Shown: piece by piece, positions 1 to 11,821 of the stretch
How positions within the stretch are numbered: position 1 is the stretch's first letter
How the letters are laid out: every line of letters starts with the position of its first letter
From: Ruditapes philippinarum
Lineage: Eukaryota
Reading direction: 5' to 3'
NCBI RefSeq assembly: GCF_026571515.1
Contig: NW_026856539.1
Coordinates: 1-64,000, forward strand
DNA: 64,000 nucleotides
The notes under the pieces: generated by a model
What the model saw: the letters and a program-made list of their open reading frames with translations, nothing else
What the model was told of the DNA's origin: nothing
The model's database searches: none
Translations under genes and position numbers: made by a program

Positions 1-313
1 CCTGACTTGTTTTGTAAAGGTCAAACTATTTCCAAAGGCAATCAAAAATCCAAGCAGACAATGACAGCAGCAAAATCAGTGTATAACTTTCAAGCTAAGA
101 AAGAAATCCCCCATGCGGATCCCTCAGCTATAAAAAGGACAAGAAAAAGAAAAGCTATCACAATTGGTAAAATGAATGAAAACGAATACGGCATCAATGT
201 AGACCACAACGATATTCGAAATCCGGGTTTTAGTATTGCCAATAAAGCTAATATAAGGGACAAGCTGTTAAACTGAGCCTGCAATTTCTTGAAAATAATA
301 TCAAAATGCACAT

Positions 314-821
314 GCTTACATTAAGACACTTATGAGCACCCCACATGATGATTTACCGTATCTAGAAAGTAGTCTAGTAAAAATAAAATATGACCCAGAA
401 CTAATTGCAAAAGTTTTGAATCTTTGTTCATTGAATAGGTCTGGTATATGTATATGTCAGAAAAAAAGTTGCACATATAACTCTGTTAAAGTTATATTAT
501 CATGACGACCCAAATTTGGATGAGACAGAGCCTGTATCCGGAAGCAATGCTGGACTTATCAAACGAGGTACATCTACTAAAAACAGTGCTGAGTTTGAGA
601 TGGAAGGTTCATTGATGGAAGACATATTTTCTATTGACAAATATTTAGTTAATGGAATTGATATTAATTTAAAGTTATACAGAAGCAATCACGCCTTTAC
701 GTGTATGTCAAAAGAACCAACTCCTTATTATAAATTGGTATCGTTAAATGTTGTGTTTAAAGCCTGCAAGGTTAGAGTAGACCCTGGGATATACCTAGCC
801 CATGAAAACAAATGTAGATGA
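314..821 (+). pseudogene. Maverick major capsid protein fragment (double jelly-roll, F54H12.2-like)
   Basis: AYIKTLM at 314-334, then after an AT-rich interruption LYYHDD..SNAGLIKR..EMEGSLMEDIFSIDKYLVNGIDINLKLYRS..YKL..KVRVDPGIYLAH. Matches the recalled MCP pattern AYIETLL..FYKD..N.GL..R..D.F.Q..YL.NGVDI.LKL.RS..KV.V.P....AH. Confidence 0.8.
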
Positions 822-875
822 CCCAACACAATACCCTTTCTACTGATTGACATAGTAAACGTAATAACCTTAAAA

Positions 876-1496
876 ATGGAAGACTGGTGGAAAGAAGAAA
901 GTTTAATTAAGTTTACCAGCCCCTCAATTATTTATATCAACGGACCTACTATGAGTGGATAATCTGTTTTAACTAATTCTGGAAATGCAAATATAGTGTT
1001 CAGTGAACCCCCGGGGAAGATTATTTATTGTTATTCAGAATGGCAACCTCTATTTGATGATATGAAACACTGTATGTTCACTTTGGGGATGTGAACATGA
1101 TATTATGTATCGATGACCTTTTCATGCAAGTGACGCAATCAGAAGATGATGTGCACTTGTTTACTGGACTGAGTCACCATTTGAAGATATCTGTAATATT
1201 TTGACCCCGTCCCTCTATCCCCAGGTCGATTTTCAAAAACTTTAAGCTTACAAGTACAATATTATTTTTTTACTCAAAAATAGAAGAGATAAAAGACAAA
1301 TTGTCACTTTCGCCTCTCAATTACATCCAGGCAAAACTGGTTATTTTCTAGATGCTGATGAGAAATGTGTATCACAGTCTTATGGCTATCTACTTGGAGA
1401 TATATCTGCAAATACTGATCACAAAGGTTCCAGTTAAGAACAAATGTTTTTCCTGGCGAAGTTACAAAACGTTTCCTGCCCTTAGACTATAAATAA
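876..1496 (+). pseudogene. Maverick A32/FtsK-like packaging ATPase, frameshifted
   Basis: Walker A GPTMSG*S (Lys codon position is TAA at 960-962), KIIYCYSEWQPLFD, Walker B ILCIDDL, LFTGLSHHLKISVIF, SKTLSLQ, LKNRRDKRQI, YGYLLGD, LRTNVFPGE. Confidence 0.9.
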
Positions 1497-1540
1497 CATA
1501 TGTAACTTAATTTGATATCATATGTATTTTAGAAGTCATA

Positions 1541-2000
1541 ATGGAAACTTCAATAGAGAATAACATAAACTTTATGAACTACTTGTATTTGTCAGTCTCT
1601 AGTCCTAAACATAGAAAACTCTACCAATATTCAGGTAGATGTAATATGTGCTTTCTTTTTCAATTTTTTAAATGGTGTAATACATATAAATACTGATCAG
1701 GGGAGGGTCCCCGATAATGTTGTTATAACTTTTGGCCCAACCCTTTTGTATATTTACATTAATGTATTTATGTATAATTGTGAAAATTTATGTAGGCCTA
1801 TGTATGTATACAATAAAATATGTTTAAACTTAAACTATAAATACTGATGATCTTCAAACCATGTTATCATTTGAAAAGTCAATGCATATGCTTGCAGACA
1901 AAACTGTAAGTAGGATAGAAAAAAGGAGCTTGCTTATATTATTTATTATTTATTATTAATTTATTATCATTAATTTTAAACATTATTTTACCAGTCATTA
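1541..2000 (+). pseudogene. Small conserved Maverick ORF, interrupted by a retroposed insertion
   Basis: VDVICAFFFNFLNGVIHINTD continues in frame as DLQTMLSFEKSMHMLADKTVSRIEKRSLL once 1698-1835 and one TSD copy are removed. Resembles the helical IC...N.L.G...LA.K.VS...K[KR]..L ORF of Mavericks (recalled). Confidence 0.55.
1698..1835 (+). mobile_element. 5'-truncated non-LTR retroposon 3' end with 13-bp TSD
   Basis: TATAAATACTGAT duplicated at 1685-1697 and 1836-1848. Insert ends AATAAA..TTTAAACTTAAAC, like the tail of the LINE ending near 9489. Confidence 0.75.
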
Positions 2001-2499
2001 GAAAATGAGTTATTTTTATTGCCCAAGGCTCAATATGAGCAGCTTAAAAAGCAATCTATGGAAGATACATGTGATAAAAATAAACCAACAGCCTATCTCA
2101 GAACCGGAACGTATTGAACGTAAAAGGGACGAGTTCAAGAATTCCAAGACAATTATTTGATAAACACACTGAAATTAAGACACCTAATACAAAAATAAAA
2201 TTAAAAAAATACAATGGTTGAAATATTAATTTTATTGTTGTTTTTTTTTTCTTTATAAACTGTATGTATATATTTTGTAACATGTGAAATAAGAGATAAT
2301 AAATAATGAAAAAATAATAAATAAAATTGTTGCTTTTCAATCAAATTAAGAACGTTTCTATTGGAAACTCTGAGGCGAAAACAAATTTAACCACCAAACA
2401 TAAAGTCCAACTTAATAATAATACTTATATTCTTTCTTTGACGTGTTAGACTGTAAATAGATATTAATTCTTCGTGCACTCAGAATTGATATCTATTTC

Positions 2500-2532
<33 letters not shown>

Positions 2533-2714
2533 AAACAAAAAAATTACAGAAAATTTTATAAAAGATAAAATATATTAAATAACTATATATTTGTATATAA
2601 AAATACAATGTATATGGTTTAGAAAAAAAAATGGTTTAGAAAAAAAAATGTATGGTTAAGAAAAGAAAATATATGGTTTAGAAAAAAAAATGTTTTCTAT
2701 TTTTTTTAATGTTA

Positions 2715-3230
2715 CCTATTTAAACAAAGCTTGGCCAATGCTCTTTTGCCTTTGTTTTTCTGTATGTTACTGTAGTCTAGTCGTTATCCCAGTAGCTGTT
2801 GATATAACTATTTTTATTATGTTCTGATGAAATCCAGTGGGCCAGCCAGAACTTTCTTGTTTTAATTTTAAGAAAGTGTTGATATATTATTCTGTAAAAA
2901 TACCACCACTTTTGCTGTCGGGTTATATTGTTCTGTTGAAGGGAAATGATAGACTTCATATATTGTCACCAGTTTGTATCCTTTTTCTACGGCTTTTATT
3001 TTCCGGTGTACAATAAATTTCTGTCATCAATCTTTGTTTATCAGTACATTGGCAATTTGTATGACTTTCTTCAACAGGTAAGATTAGGAAACGGGACTGT
3101 CATTCTGAGATTTTTGTCTAATTGGTCCTATATAAACCGTTACAAACCCCTACCTCTGAAGTTAGTAACGCACTAAACGTTGTATTGGAAGTTAAATATT
3201 TTCTAATTCAAAGTTTATTAGCGATGGAGG
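2715..3230 (-). pseudogene. Protein-primed B-family DNA polymerase (pPolB) fragment of Maverick
   Basis: Minus strand, with frameshifts: CQCTDKQRLMTEIYCTPE/KAVEKGYKLVTIYEVYHF..GGIFTE/YINTFLKIK/QESSGWP..YINSY..LDYSNIQKNKGKRALAKLCLN. Truncated at PolB motif B (K..LNS.WGKF). Confidence 0.88.
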
Positions 3231-3312
3231 ACTTTCCAACACTAACTAAGTGAGTAAAAAAAAATTCTAGTTATTACAAAGGATGTTTTAAAAGTAATCT
3301 TAATAATTGTTT

Positions 3313-5376
3313 TTATTTAATTTTAGCCATGAAATATGGTGCTTTATTTAATTTTAACTATGAAATATGGTGCTATATCAGTCAAATATATTTCATATTT
3401 TTTAAAAATAAATATGAAATATAAATATGAAAGTCAAAACTCATATTTGTTTTAAGGGACTTCTTTCACCATTTTGTTTGAAAAATTTGATAAATACAAA
3501 CAACTTTTTTGTTGAATTTTGTTTTGAAAACTATCTAGAATGATAGAAAATGGTCTAACTAAGAAAATAAATCCGAACACCAATATCTTTAATTCAGCCA
3601 TTAACGCTGTACAGACGTTTAAAAATTTGTGTACGTGACGTCACAATCTAGCACTAAATATCGCGTGCAAAACAAGACGATACTTATATTACTGCGCGCT
3701 GTATAATTGCAGTTGCGTAGCAGGCAATGGGGTTCATAACCATTTTTATCACATAATACACGGCGCAGGAGTGTAATAAAGCCATTTAATAAAAACGATA
3801 TTACACTAGTGTAATAACACTTTGACGTGACGTCATTTGCGCTATATATATACATAGCGTTAAAGCGCGCTAATGTTAGCGTTACACTATAGGCGCGTCA
3901 TTGAAAAATTACTGATTTTAACAGTTTACTGTTTTTATTTTATATATGTGATAAATAGAATATTATATTCGTGTAGATTCAATACTAGATTTATTAAACT
4001 CGTTGAATAAAACAATATTATGCTCGCCAGAGGCTCGCATAATATGATTTTATTCAACTCGTTTAATAAATTTAGTATTAAACTACACTCATTCAATATC
4101 CTCTATTTCTTTGATAATGAAATTAAATAAAAAGGTTATTTTTTCGTTTTTCGTGAAATATGGTATATATTTTCACTCAACATGATAAAATGCCTCATAT
4201 TTTCACTCGCCGTCCCGGCTCGTGAAAATATGTGGCATTTTATCATGTTTCTTGAAAATATATTCCATATTTCACTAAAACGAAAAAATATCCTCTTATT
4301 ATTTAATTTTACCCATGAAATATTGTGCTTTATCAGTCAAATATATTTCATATTTTTTAAAAAAAAATGAAATATAAATATGAAAGTGGGCGGTGTCAAA
4401 ACTCATTTTTATTTTAGGGGACTTCTTTCGCCATTTTATTTACAAAATCTGATAAATAAATAACAACTTTTTGTTGAATTTTGATTTGAAAACTATCTAG
4501 AATGATAGAAAATGGTCTAACTAAGAAAATAAATCCGAACACCAATATCTTTAATTCAGTCATTAACGCTGTACAGACGTTTAAAGAGTTGTTTATGTAA
4601 CGTCACAATGTAGCGGTAAATATCGCGTGCAAAACAAGACAATAATTATATTACTGCGCGCTGTTCAATTGCAGTTGCGTAGCAAGCAAGGGAGTTCGTA
4701 ACCATTTTTCTTTGATAATGAAATTAAATAAAAATGTTATTTTTTCGTTTTTCGTGACATATGGTATATATTTCCATATTTCACTCAAAAGAAAAAATAT
4801 TCTCTTAATACCAGTCAAATATATTTCATATATGTAAAAAATAAATATGAAATATAAATATGAAAGTGGGCGGAGTCAAACTCATATTTATTTTAGGGGA
4901 CTTCTTTCGCCATTTTGTTAACAAAATCTGATAAATAAATAACAATTTTTTGTTGAATTTTGATTTGAAAACTATCTAGAATGATAGAAAATGGTCTAAC
5001 TAAGAAAATAAATCCGAACACCAATATCTTTAATTCAGTCATTAACGCTGTACAGACGTTTAAAGAGTTGTACGTGACGTCACAATGTAGCGCTAAATAT
5101 CGCGTGCAAAACAAGACAATAATTATATTATTGCGCGCTGTACAATTGCGTTTGTGTAGCAAGCAAGGGGGTTCGTAACCATTTTTCTTTGATAATGAAA
5201 TTAAATAAAAAGGTTATTTTTTCGTTTTTCGTGAAATATGGTATATATTTTCACTCAACATGATAAAATGCCACATATTTTCACTCGCCGTCCCGGCTCG
5301 TGAAAATATGTGGCATTTTATCATGTTTCGTGAAAATATATTCCATATTTCACTCAAACGAAAAAATATCCTCTTA
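3313..5376 (+). mobile_element. Three head-to-tail copies of a ~550-620-bp non-autonomous hairpin element (3313-4298, 4299-4807, 4808-5376)
   Basis: Near-identical bodies; each ends in (C/T)CTCTTA. Copies 1 and 3 have a long 3' hairpin with loop CTCGCCGTCCCGGCTCG; the hairpin centre is deleted in copy 2. Confidence 0.85.
3746..4106 (+). mobile_element. Second hairpin-element family nested in copy 1, no TSD
   Basis: Absent at the equivalent CCATTTTTCTTTG site of copies 2 and 3. TTATCACATA at the start and its inverse at 3945-3954; ~150-bp hairpin with loop CTCGCCAGAGGCTCG; ends CCTCTAT. Confidence 0.85.
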
Positions 5377-6060
5377 ATATAATAAATGCAGTGATATTTT
5401 TTTTTTTCAAAAAATATAGGGCTCTAAAATTTTACATATTTTTTTTTCTTTTATATCTCCAATGATTTCAATGATAGTTAAAGGTGTATTTTCATCTCAT
5501 AAATATATATTGCGACGCGAGCATGGTGCTGTACGTATGTTAGCTACTTCTAGCTTATTATATCTAAATGGTTTGTTGACTAAATACTATTTTTAGGTGT
5601 TTTTTGTTGTTGTTTATTTCAATGTTGTACTCGCGTCGGCCGTCACTAGACGGCCTATCAAAATGGGCGGGGGAAATCCGGACTTATTTTAATCAAGGCT
5701 GATGTTTTATGTTGTTCTCTGTGTTGTTCTAAGATCTCGAGTGATGATTGTTGATGTTGAAATTCAGACGAAGACACAAAGTCTTGTCTTTGTATGGTTG
5801 ATGACGGTGACTAAAAATAAATGTCACCGGCTGGAGAGTCGTACTTTAACACAATAATTACACCATCGATAAACAGTTAAAATAATTTATTTAAGTAACA
5901 ATTATATTAAGAATTAAAGGTGCAACAATTTATCAATAAATATTTAAAGTTTGGCTACTACGCGGACTGTCAGACCTCGAAATAAAAACAGTGCTCATGC
6001 GCAGTACATGTAAAAGAGCCGGAGATGAGCCGATAAACATGTACAATGCATGTTAGGTAG

Positions 6061-8240
6061 CCGGTGTAACGTTGTAAACTGACCTCTATAAAAATGACCC
6101 CCGGTCAATGTTTTATATAAAATAATGACCCCCGGTCATAATATTATGACCGGGCAGTCATAATATTATGACTCCCCTACACGTAGAAAAATGACCCTCG
6201 CATAGAAAAGTGACCCCCTGTAGTATAATCCCCCCCAACCCCCAACCCAAACTATAAAGCAAAGAAACACTCTCAATATGATTATCTCAGAAGAGAAATA
6301 TGGTAATGTTCGCGTCCGCGTCCAGATTTAAGATAAACGTTTTGTTGCAATAAAATATTTTTCACTTTAACTTTTTCATTTCTTAAGACTTCAAATATAT
6401 GTTCCTTATCATCAACCACAAGCTTCACAACTCTAGTTCCAATATTTTTAGATTTATCTCCCCTTAAACTTAGAATTTTCCTTAAAAAATATTATTTTTA
6501 CTGTTACTTCTTAATAATAAGGTTACTTCTTTATTAATAAGGGATAAACTTCATACTTCAAATATATGTTCCTTATCATCAACCACATCTTATGTAACAA
6601 GGTTCATAACTCTAGCACCAATATTTCAAGAATTATCTCGCCATGAATTTAGATTTTTTTACTTAAAAAAGTGATTTTTTTTAAAATATAACTTCTTTAG
6701 TTTTAAAGGTATCTAGATCTACTTCAAACTTCAAAATCATATCCCTTATCATCAACCACATATTATGTGACAATGGTCATAACTCTTTAAGCAATATTTT
6801 TAGATTTATCTCCCCTTAAACGGAACATTTTCTTTAAGAAATATTATAACTTCTTTATTTTAAGGTATCTACTTCAATCTTCAAATATATATTTCTTATC
6901 ATTACCCACATGGTGTGTGACAAGGTTCTTAACTCTAGCGTGACTATTTCCTGAATTATCCCCCCTTTAACTTGAAATTTATATTAACAAATGGTATCTT
7001 TTACTATAACTTTTTGTCATATGGATAAGAGTTACAAAACGCAAGCTCCTGTATTCTCAGAATTATCTCCATTTCATTTTTGAACTTAGAATTTAATTGT
7101 AAATTGATTTTTTTAGTATTATCTTTGTTATTTTAAATGGTATCTACCCTAGACTTAATTTTTAAATCAAAGCACAGATGGCGCTGAATTTGCATGGGTC
7201 TCAGAATGTCAGAAAGGTGAAGGTTGTGAGATTATACATGTAAACCAATTTGTTTTTGAATAGTGCCACCAATGCTGTTTGCAGTTTGTAACTGTAGTAA
7301 GCTATAGGCTAATAATGTTTATTACCGCTTCCAATTAGTTCCAATATTTTTAGATTTATCTCCTTAAACTTAGATTTTCCTTAAAAATATTATTTTTACG
7401 TTACTTCTAATAATAAGGTTACTCTTATTATAAGATAACCATACTCAAATATGTTCCTTTACAACCAATCTTGTAACAATTCATACTCTAGCACAATATT
7501 TCGATTATCTCGCCATGATTGATTTTTACAAAGCGTTTTTTAATATAACTTCTTTGTTTAAAGTACTACTTCAAATCAAAACATATCCTTACCAACCAAT
7601 ATTATGTGACAATGCATAACTCTTTAAGCAATCATTTTTAGATATCTCCCCTTAAACTGACATTTCTTAAGAAAATATAACTCTTTGATTTAGTTATTAT
7701 TCAATTATGACTATTTTCTTTCATTCTTGTCATTCTTACTTACGGAAATATTACTATGTATCTTACTTGAATTTATGTCAATGTCTGTTACAAGCATTGT
7801 TGTCTAGAAGAGTTACCTCTTATTTAGGAATTCTTATTTCGACTGTTTCATTGAAGCAATTGATTTTTTTAAATATATCTATTATAAACTCGCAGCAAGT
7901 TAATAAAATATTATTTTGGTTGATGAATATGTGGATTATATGCCAAGTTAACTTAATCTTAACAGTATTTCACATGTATCAGTCCTCTATCTTTTTTTGT
8001 TAAACAAATAAACATTTTCTATTCCTTTGTTAGTTTAAACACACTATCCCTAACATGCATTGTACATGTTTATCGGCTCATCTCCGGCTCTTTTACATGT
8101 ACTGCGCATGAGCACCGGCTCTGAGACGGTGACTGCACATGCGCGCTATCGGCTCGGAACGCCCAAAGTCAGTTCAGAGCAGTATAAAATAGTGACTGGG
8201 GGTCATTATTCTATGGGGTCACTTTACAACGTTACACCGG
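6061..8240. mobile_element. TIR-bounded non-autonomous DNA element (TIR CCGGTGTAACGTTGTAAA) with nested repeats
   Basis: 18-bp perfect TIR extending imperfectly to ~45 bp, subterminal ATGACCCC repeats at 6090-6220. No matching TSD; superfamily not assigned. Confidence 0.6.
6310..7100. repeat. ~160-bp satellite-like tandem repeats in a probable Helentron-associated (HINE-like) element
   Basis: About five diverged monomers sharing CTTCAAAT..CCTTATCATCAACCACA..CATAACTCT..ATTATCTCCCC, preceded by a CGCGTCCGCGTCC microsatellite-like block. Confidence 0.7.
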
Positions 8241-8379
8241 GACAGAGCCGATGCACATGCGCAGTGTAAATAAAACAGCCGGTAATACGATCCGCATAAT
8301 AATACAAATCCGACTATTAAACTATGACCGAGCTTAAATTAACGCACGCGCAAACAATACAAAGACGAAAATGAAAGAT

Positions 8380-9489
8380 AAAAAAAATCATTGTTGATAA
8401 TGCTAGAAGAACAATGTTTTCTGTGATCCAAAAGTCCCGTAAATTATGTTTACCCATATCTTTGCAACTACATTTATTTAACTCTATGGTTGTTATGGAA
8501 GTGAAGTTTGGGGATTCGAACAAGTTCAAATTCTAGAGAAATTTCAGTTGTTTTTTTTTGTAAATTTATTTTGAATTTAAAAGCTTCTACACCTAATTGT
8601 ATGGTTTATGGTGAGTTAGGCATACATTTTGTATTTCCATTAGTCTTACAAGTGCAAGCAAGAGTTTTGTGTTACTGGAGTAAAATTAATTATGCTAAGG
8701 AAAATAAGATATGTAAACTTCTTTATAAAAGAATGTTGTCTTTGTCCTCTAGGAATATTGTTAAAATCTTAATGGATAAATTTTGTGAAAGAAACACATA
8801 GTAATATTGGCATGCCAGAATATTTTCATTTACAGAAGGTAGATAATATTAATCACTTTAAAAATATTGTGAAGCTTAGACTACATGATCAATTTTTACA
8901 AGATTAGCATAGTATTATTGATACATCCTCTAAAGTGTTTAGTGAAATTAGTGTATCGTTCATATAAAAATACTCATTGTTTTGAAAAATATCTAGATGT
9001 TCTTCCTTTTGACATAGGCAAATAATTTTGTAAATTTAGAACAATGAATCACCTATTACCAATTGGAAAAGGCAGACATTTGGCAATTGATCATAATAAT
9101 AGGCTCTGTATCAAGCTATTGGTGATGAATTTCACTACTTCTTTGAATGTTCGTACTTTAATGACATAATACGTAAATCTCTTCTTCCCAGGTCTTTATA
9201 TTCATCCCAATATTTTAAACTTGACAGATTAATGAATAGTTTTGATAAAAAGATTCTACTAAAATTATCTTTATTTTGTAAAAACATTATGTTAAAATTT
9301 AGATGATTAATACTTCTCATTCTCCACAATGTAAAATACATGTTGTATTGAATTCAGTAGCTGAATCACCTTTTATTGTTTATTTAGCTAGTCATAATTG
9401 TATTCTTTTATTCTGATATTAGTGATTTTTGACTGTTATTTTCTGTCTGTTTGTTATATGCCTTGGTTTAATAAAAACTTAAACTAAAT
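8380..9489 (+). mobile_element. Non-LTR retrotransposon 3' fragment (ORF2 C-terminus, RTE-X-like), decayed
   Basis: YGSEVWGF..FCKFILNLKASTPNCMVYGELG..LCYWSKI..LHDQFLQD..FEKYL..CKFRTMNHLLPI..RLC..GDEFHYFFEC (CCHC knuckle), stop near 9306, then AATAAA and an AAACTTAAACTAAA tail. Confidence 0.85.
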
Positions 9490-9816
9490 CTTGACATGAA
9501 ATTAGCAAAAATACATTCATTCCACGCGATGACAGTCATAAGCAGCGGTGTTTAATAAAAAGGTTCAATGAATACTTTCTATAGATAATATTAATTCTCA
9601 AGTTGAACGTTTCATGTATACAAAAAATAGATCGAAAATAATTCCATAAAAATAACCGTAATTGATGTCGCAGAAATTGTATAATTAGAGTATTGCATAG
9701 AAACATGAACCCTCAGATGTCACAATATCTTTGGTCAATCTGCCTGAATTTAGTGAGTTTTGTATATTTTATATTTAAATAGTGCAGAAATAGAAGAATT
9801 TTTAAGTATACCGTGT

Positions 9817-10375
9817 ATGGCCACACCAATAGACCTGGGGGACCTGGATTGGACAACAGAGCTCATGCAGGTCCAGGAACAACAGCCGCAGGAACCCATG
9901 CAGGTCCAGGGACACCAGCCACAGGAACCCACGCAGTTCCAGGGACAACAGCCGTATGAACCCGTACAGGGTCCCGCAAAGCCACAAACACAGAAACCAA
10001 AATGGGTTGCCCCGGTAGGGCCAGTTTTGCTTAAAAAAGTGGAAGGAGAAAATGTGTCACTCCCATTCCAACAGTAAGTTTTACATATTATTTAAAAAAA
10101 TAAATATTTAAAGTATTCAGTAACAATAATGATGATGATGACGATGATGATGATGATAATAAATTAATCATATTTTTTTACATTTCAGAACAGACAGATT
10201 TGATCATTTAGAAGCAGCGATTAGGGGGAGACCAAAACAATCCTTACCGGAAGAAACTGGGAAAGAAATTAAATTATTAAAGGAGTAAATTAGCAGTATC
10301 ATCCATATGGTTGATGCTTTACAGGTGATGAATGAAAATACCCAGAAAAGGATGAGAGTGCTGGAAGCGATTTAA
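9817..10375 (+). pseudogene. Two-exon Gln/Pro-repeat plus coiled-coil orphan ORF with a premature stop
   Basis: Exon 9817-10073, GTAAGT..TTTCAG intron 10074-10188, in-frame exon 10189-10375 (TDRFDHLEAAI..EIKLLKE*ISSIIHMVDALQVMNENTQKRMRVLEAI*). Exon 1 has four 33-bp QVQGQQPQEP-type repeats. Confidence 0.5.
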
Positions 10376-10457
10376 AGGCGATTAAAAAATAATTAATGTT
10401 TTCAAATCACCTGTAAAGGATCAGCTGTATATTTAATACTTTTCATGTACATATTTA

Positions 10458-10616
10458 TGAGCCGCGTCACGACAAACCCAACATAATGGGTTTGCGACCA
10501 GCATGGATCCAGACCAGCCTGCGCATCTGCGCAGTCTGATCAGGATCCATGCTGTTCGCTTACCAACCCTATTACAAGAAGAGAAACTGATAGCGAACAG
10601 CATGGATCCTGATCAG
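10458..10616. mobile_element. Palindromic TGAG..CTCA MITE, partial copy
   Basis: Left ~160 bp of the family seen complete at 41076 and 52408. Confidence 0.85.
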
Positions 10617-11429
10617 GCTGATCATATTCATACATTCAATCAATTGTATTATATTTATTTTATATTTTTTATTTGTAAATTATGATTGCTTTAGTTTATT
10701 GTAGAAAAAAAGAGGGGAAAGAAAAATAAAAATATAACCCCCATTACTGCATAATGTCAGGGGATCAAGTAGACTGCATTCGATCTCAGTTGTTATGTAT
10801 TAATGGTGTTATATGAATCAACGTTGGATAAAATCAAGAAGGAATATCAGCTGGAAAAGACAATCTTGGAAATAAAGGGATTAAATGAATGGAGACAAGA
10901 GGTGGAACTTAGAAGCTGTTAACAAGACAAAAAGTCAAACAAAAAAAAAGTCATAAATAGTCTAATCGCCACACACATTCCCCCATAACAAGGCCATATG
11001 TACAATAAAATTCGTACCAAACAGTTAATAAATTAACACCCTCCGGCCTATTCATCAAATAGCAATACAAACACAAAAAATAAAGGATCAAAACGAGGAT
11101 CAATTTTAGGATCAAGATCAATATTTGGATCGTGCTTGTTAATCATAACATTTTCCCCTCCAAAATCATAACATGCTACTTCAAGTCCACTTTCATATAA
11201 AATAATTAATAATTCGATATTGAATAACAAATAATCATTTTTAAGTTGTGTATTTTGAATCTGATCGGCCAACTTTTTTAGAAGTATGCCACAAATCGCT
11301 CTATCGCTACTTCGAGCTAGCGCTACTGAATTGGTAGCTACTACTGAATAGCGCTACTGAAGTGTCAACTAAGGTATAGAGTTGTCTTATTATATATTTT
11401 TGTAGACTCTGCATGCTCGAAGAATGCTA

Positions 11430-11500
11430 TACCATAAAGATTTTATTAAAGTTTCAAGGGAAAGTAAAGTTGATCTGAAGTTGTGGCGGCGTTTCCAAGT
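11430..11500 (+). mobile_element. Possible DIRS/Ngaro RT-RNaseH micro-fragment
   Basis: FIKVSRESKVDLKLWRRF resembles the recalled I.L..E.K.DL..W..F motif; very short. Confidence 0.3.
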
Positions 11501-11821
11501 CAGCGAATTTATCGTTGATTGCTATTGCCTTATAAACAGCTTTTCAGATTTAATTTCAGATATGTTATGTGCGCACGCGTAGCTAATATATATCACGTTG
11601 CCATATATCATTGTTGCGTGCGCACGGTATGCATATCGCGTGCGCGGGCGCATAAATAGCTACCGCATGGCTACATAATAGATAAAGTACGTACGTAGTA
11701 CATGAAAAAATTCGTATGTCCCCTTTATTCCATCGTCTTACTTCTGTCATCGCAAATCTAATATAAGCAAATCATGACATGATTATTTTTATTCATCATC
11801 AGGTGATGCATAAAATATAAT

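Larger units (their letters stand above)
1..3240. mobile_element. Decayed Maverick/Polinton (adintovirus-like) relic; left end probably lies outside the window
   Basis: Clustered broken ORFs with motifs of the major capsid protein (+), packaging ATPase (+), a small conserved ORF (+) and protein-primed PolB (-). No TIR, integrase or protease seen. Confidence 0.88.

Noticed and set aside
3619-5178. Short ORFs within the hairpin elements
   Set aside because: Not conserved in frame among the three copies; no recombinase or Rep motifs.
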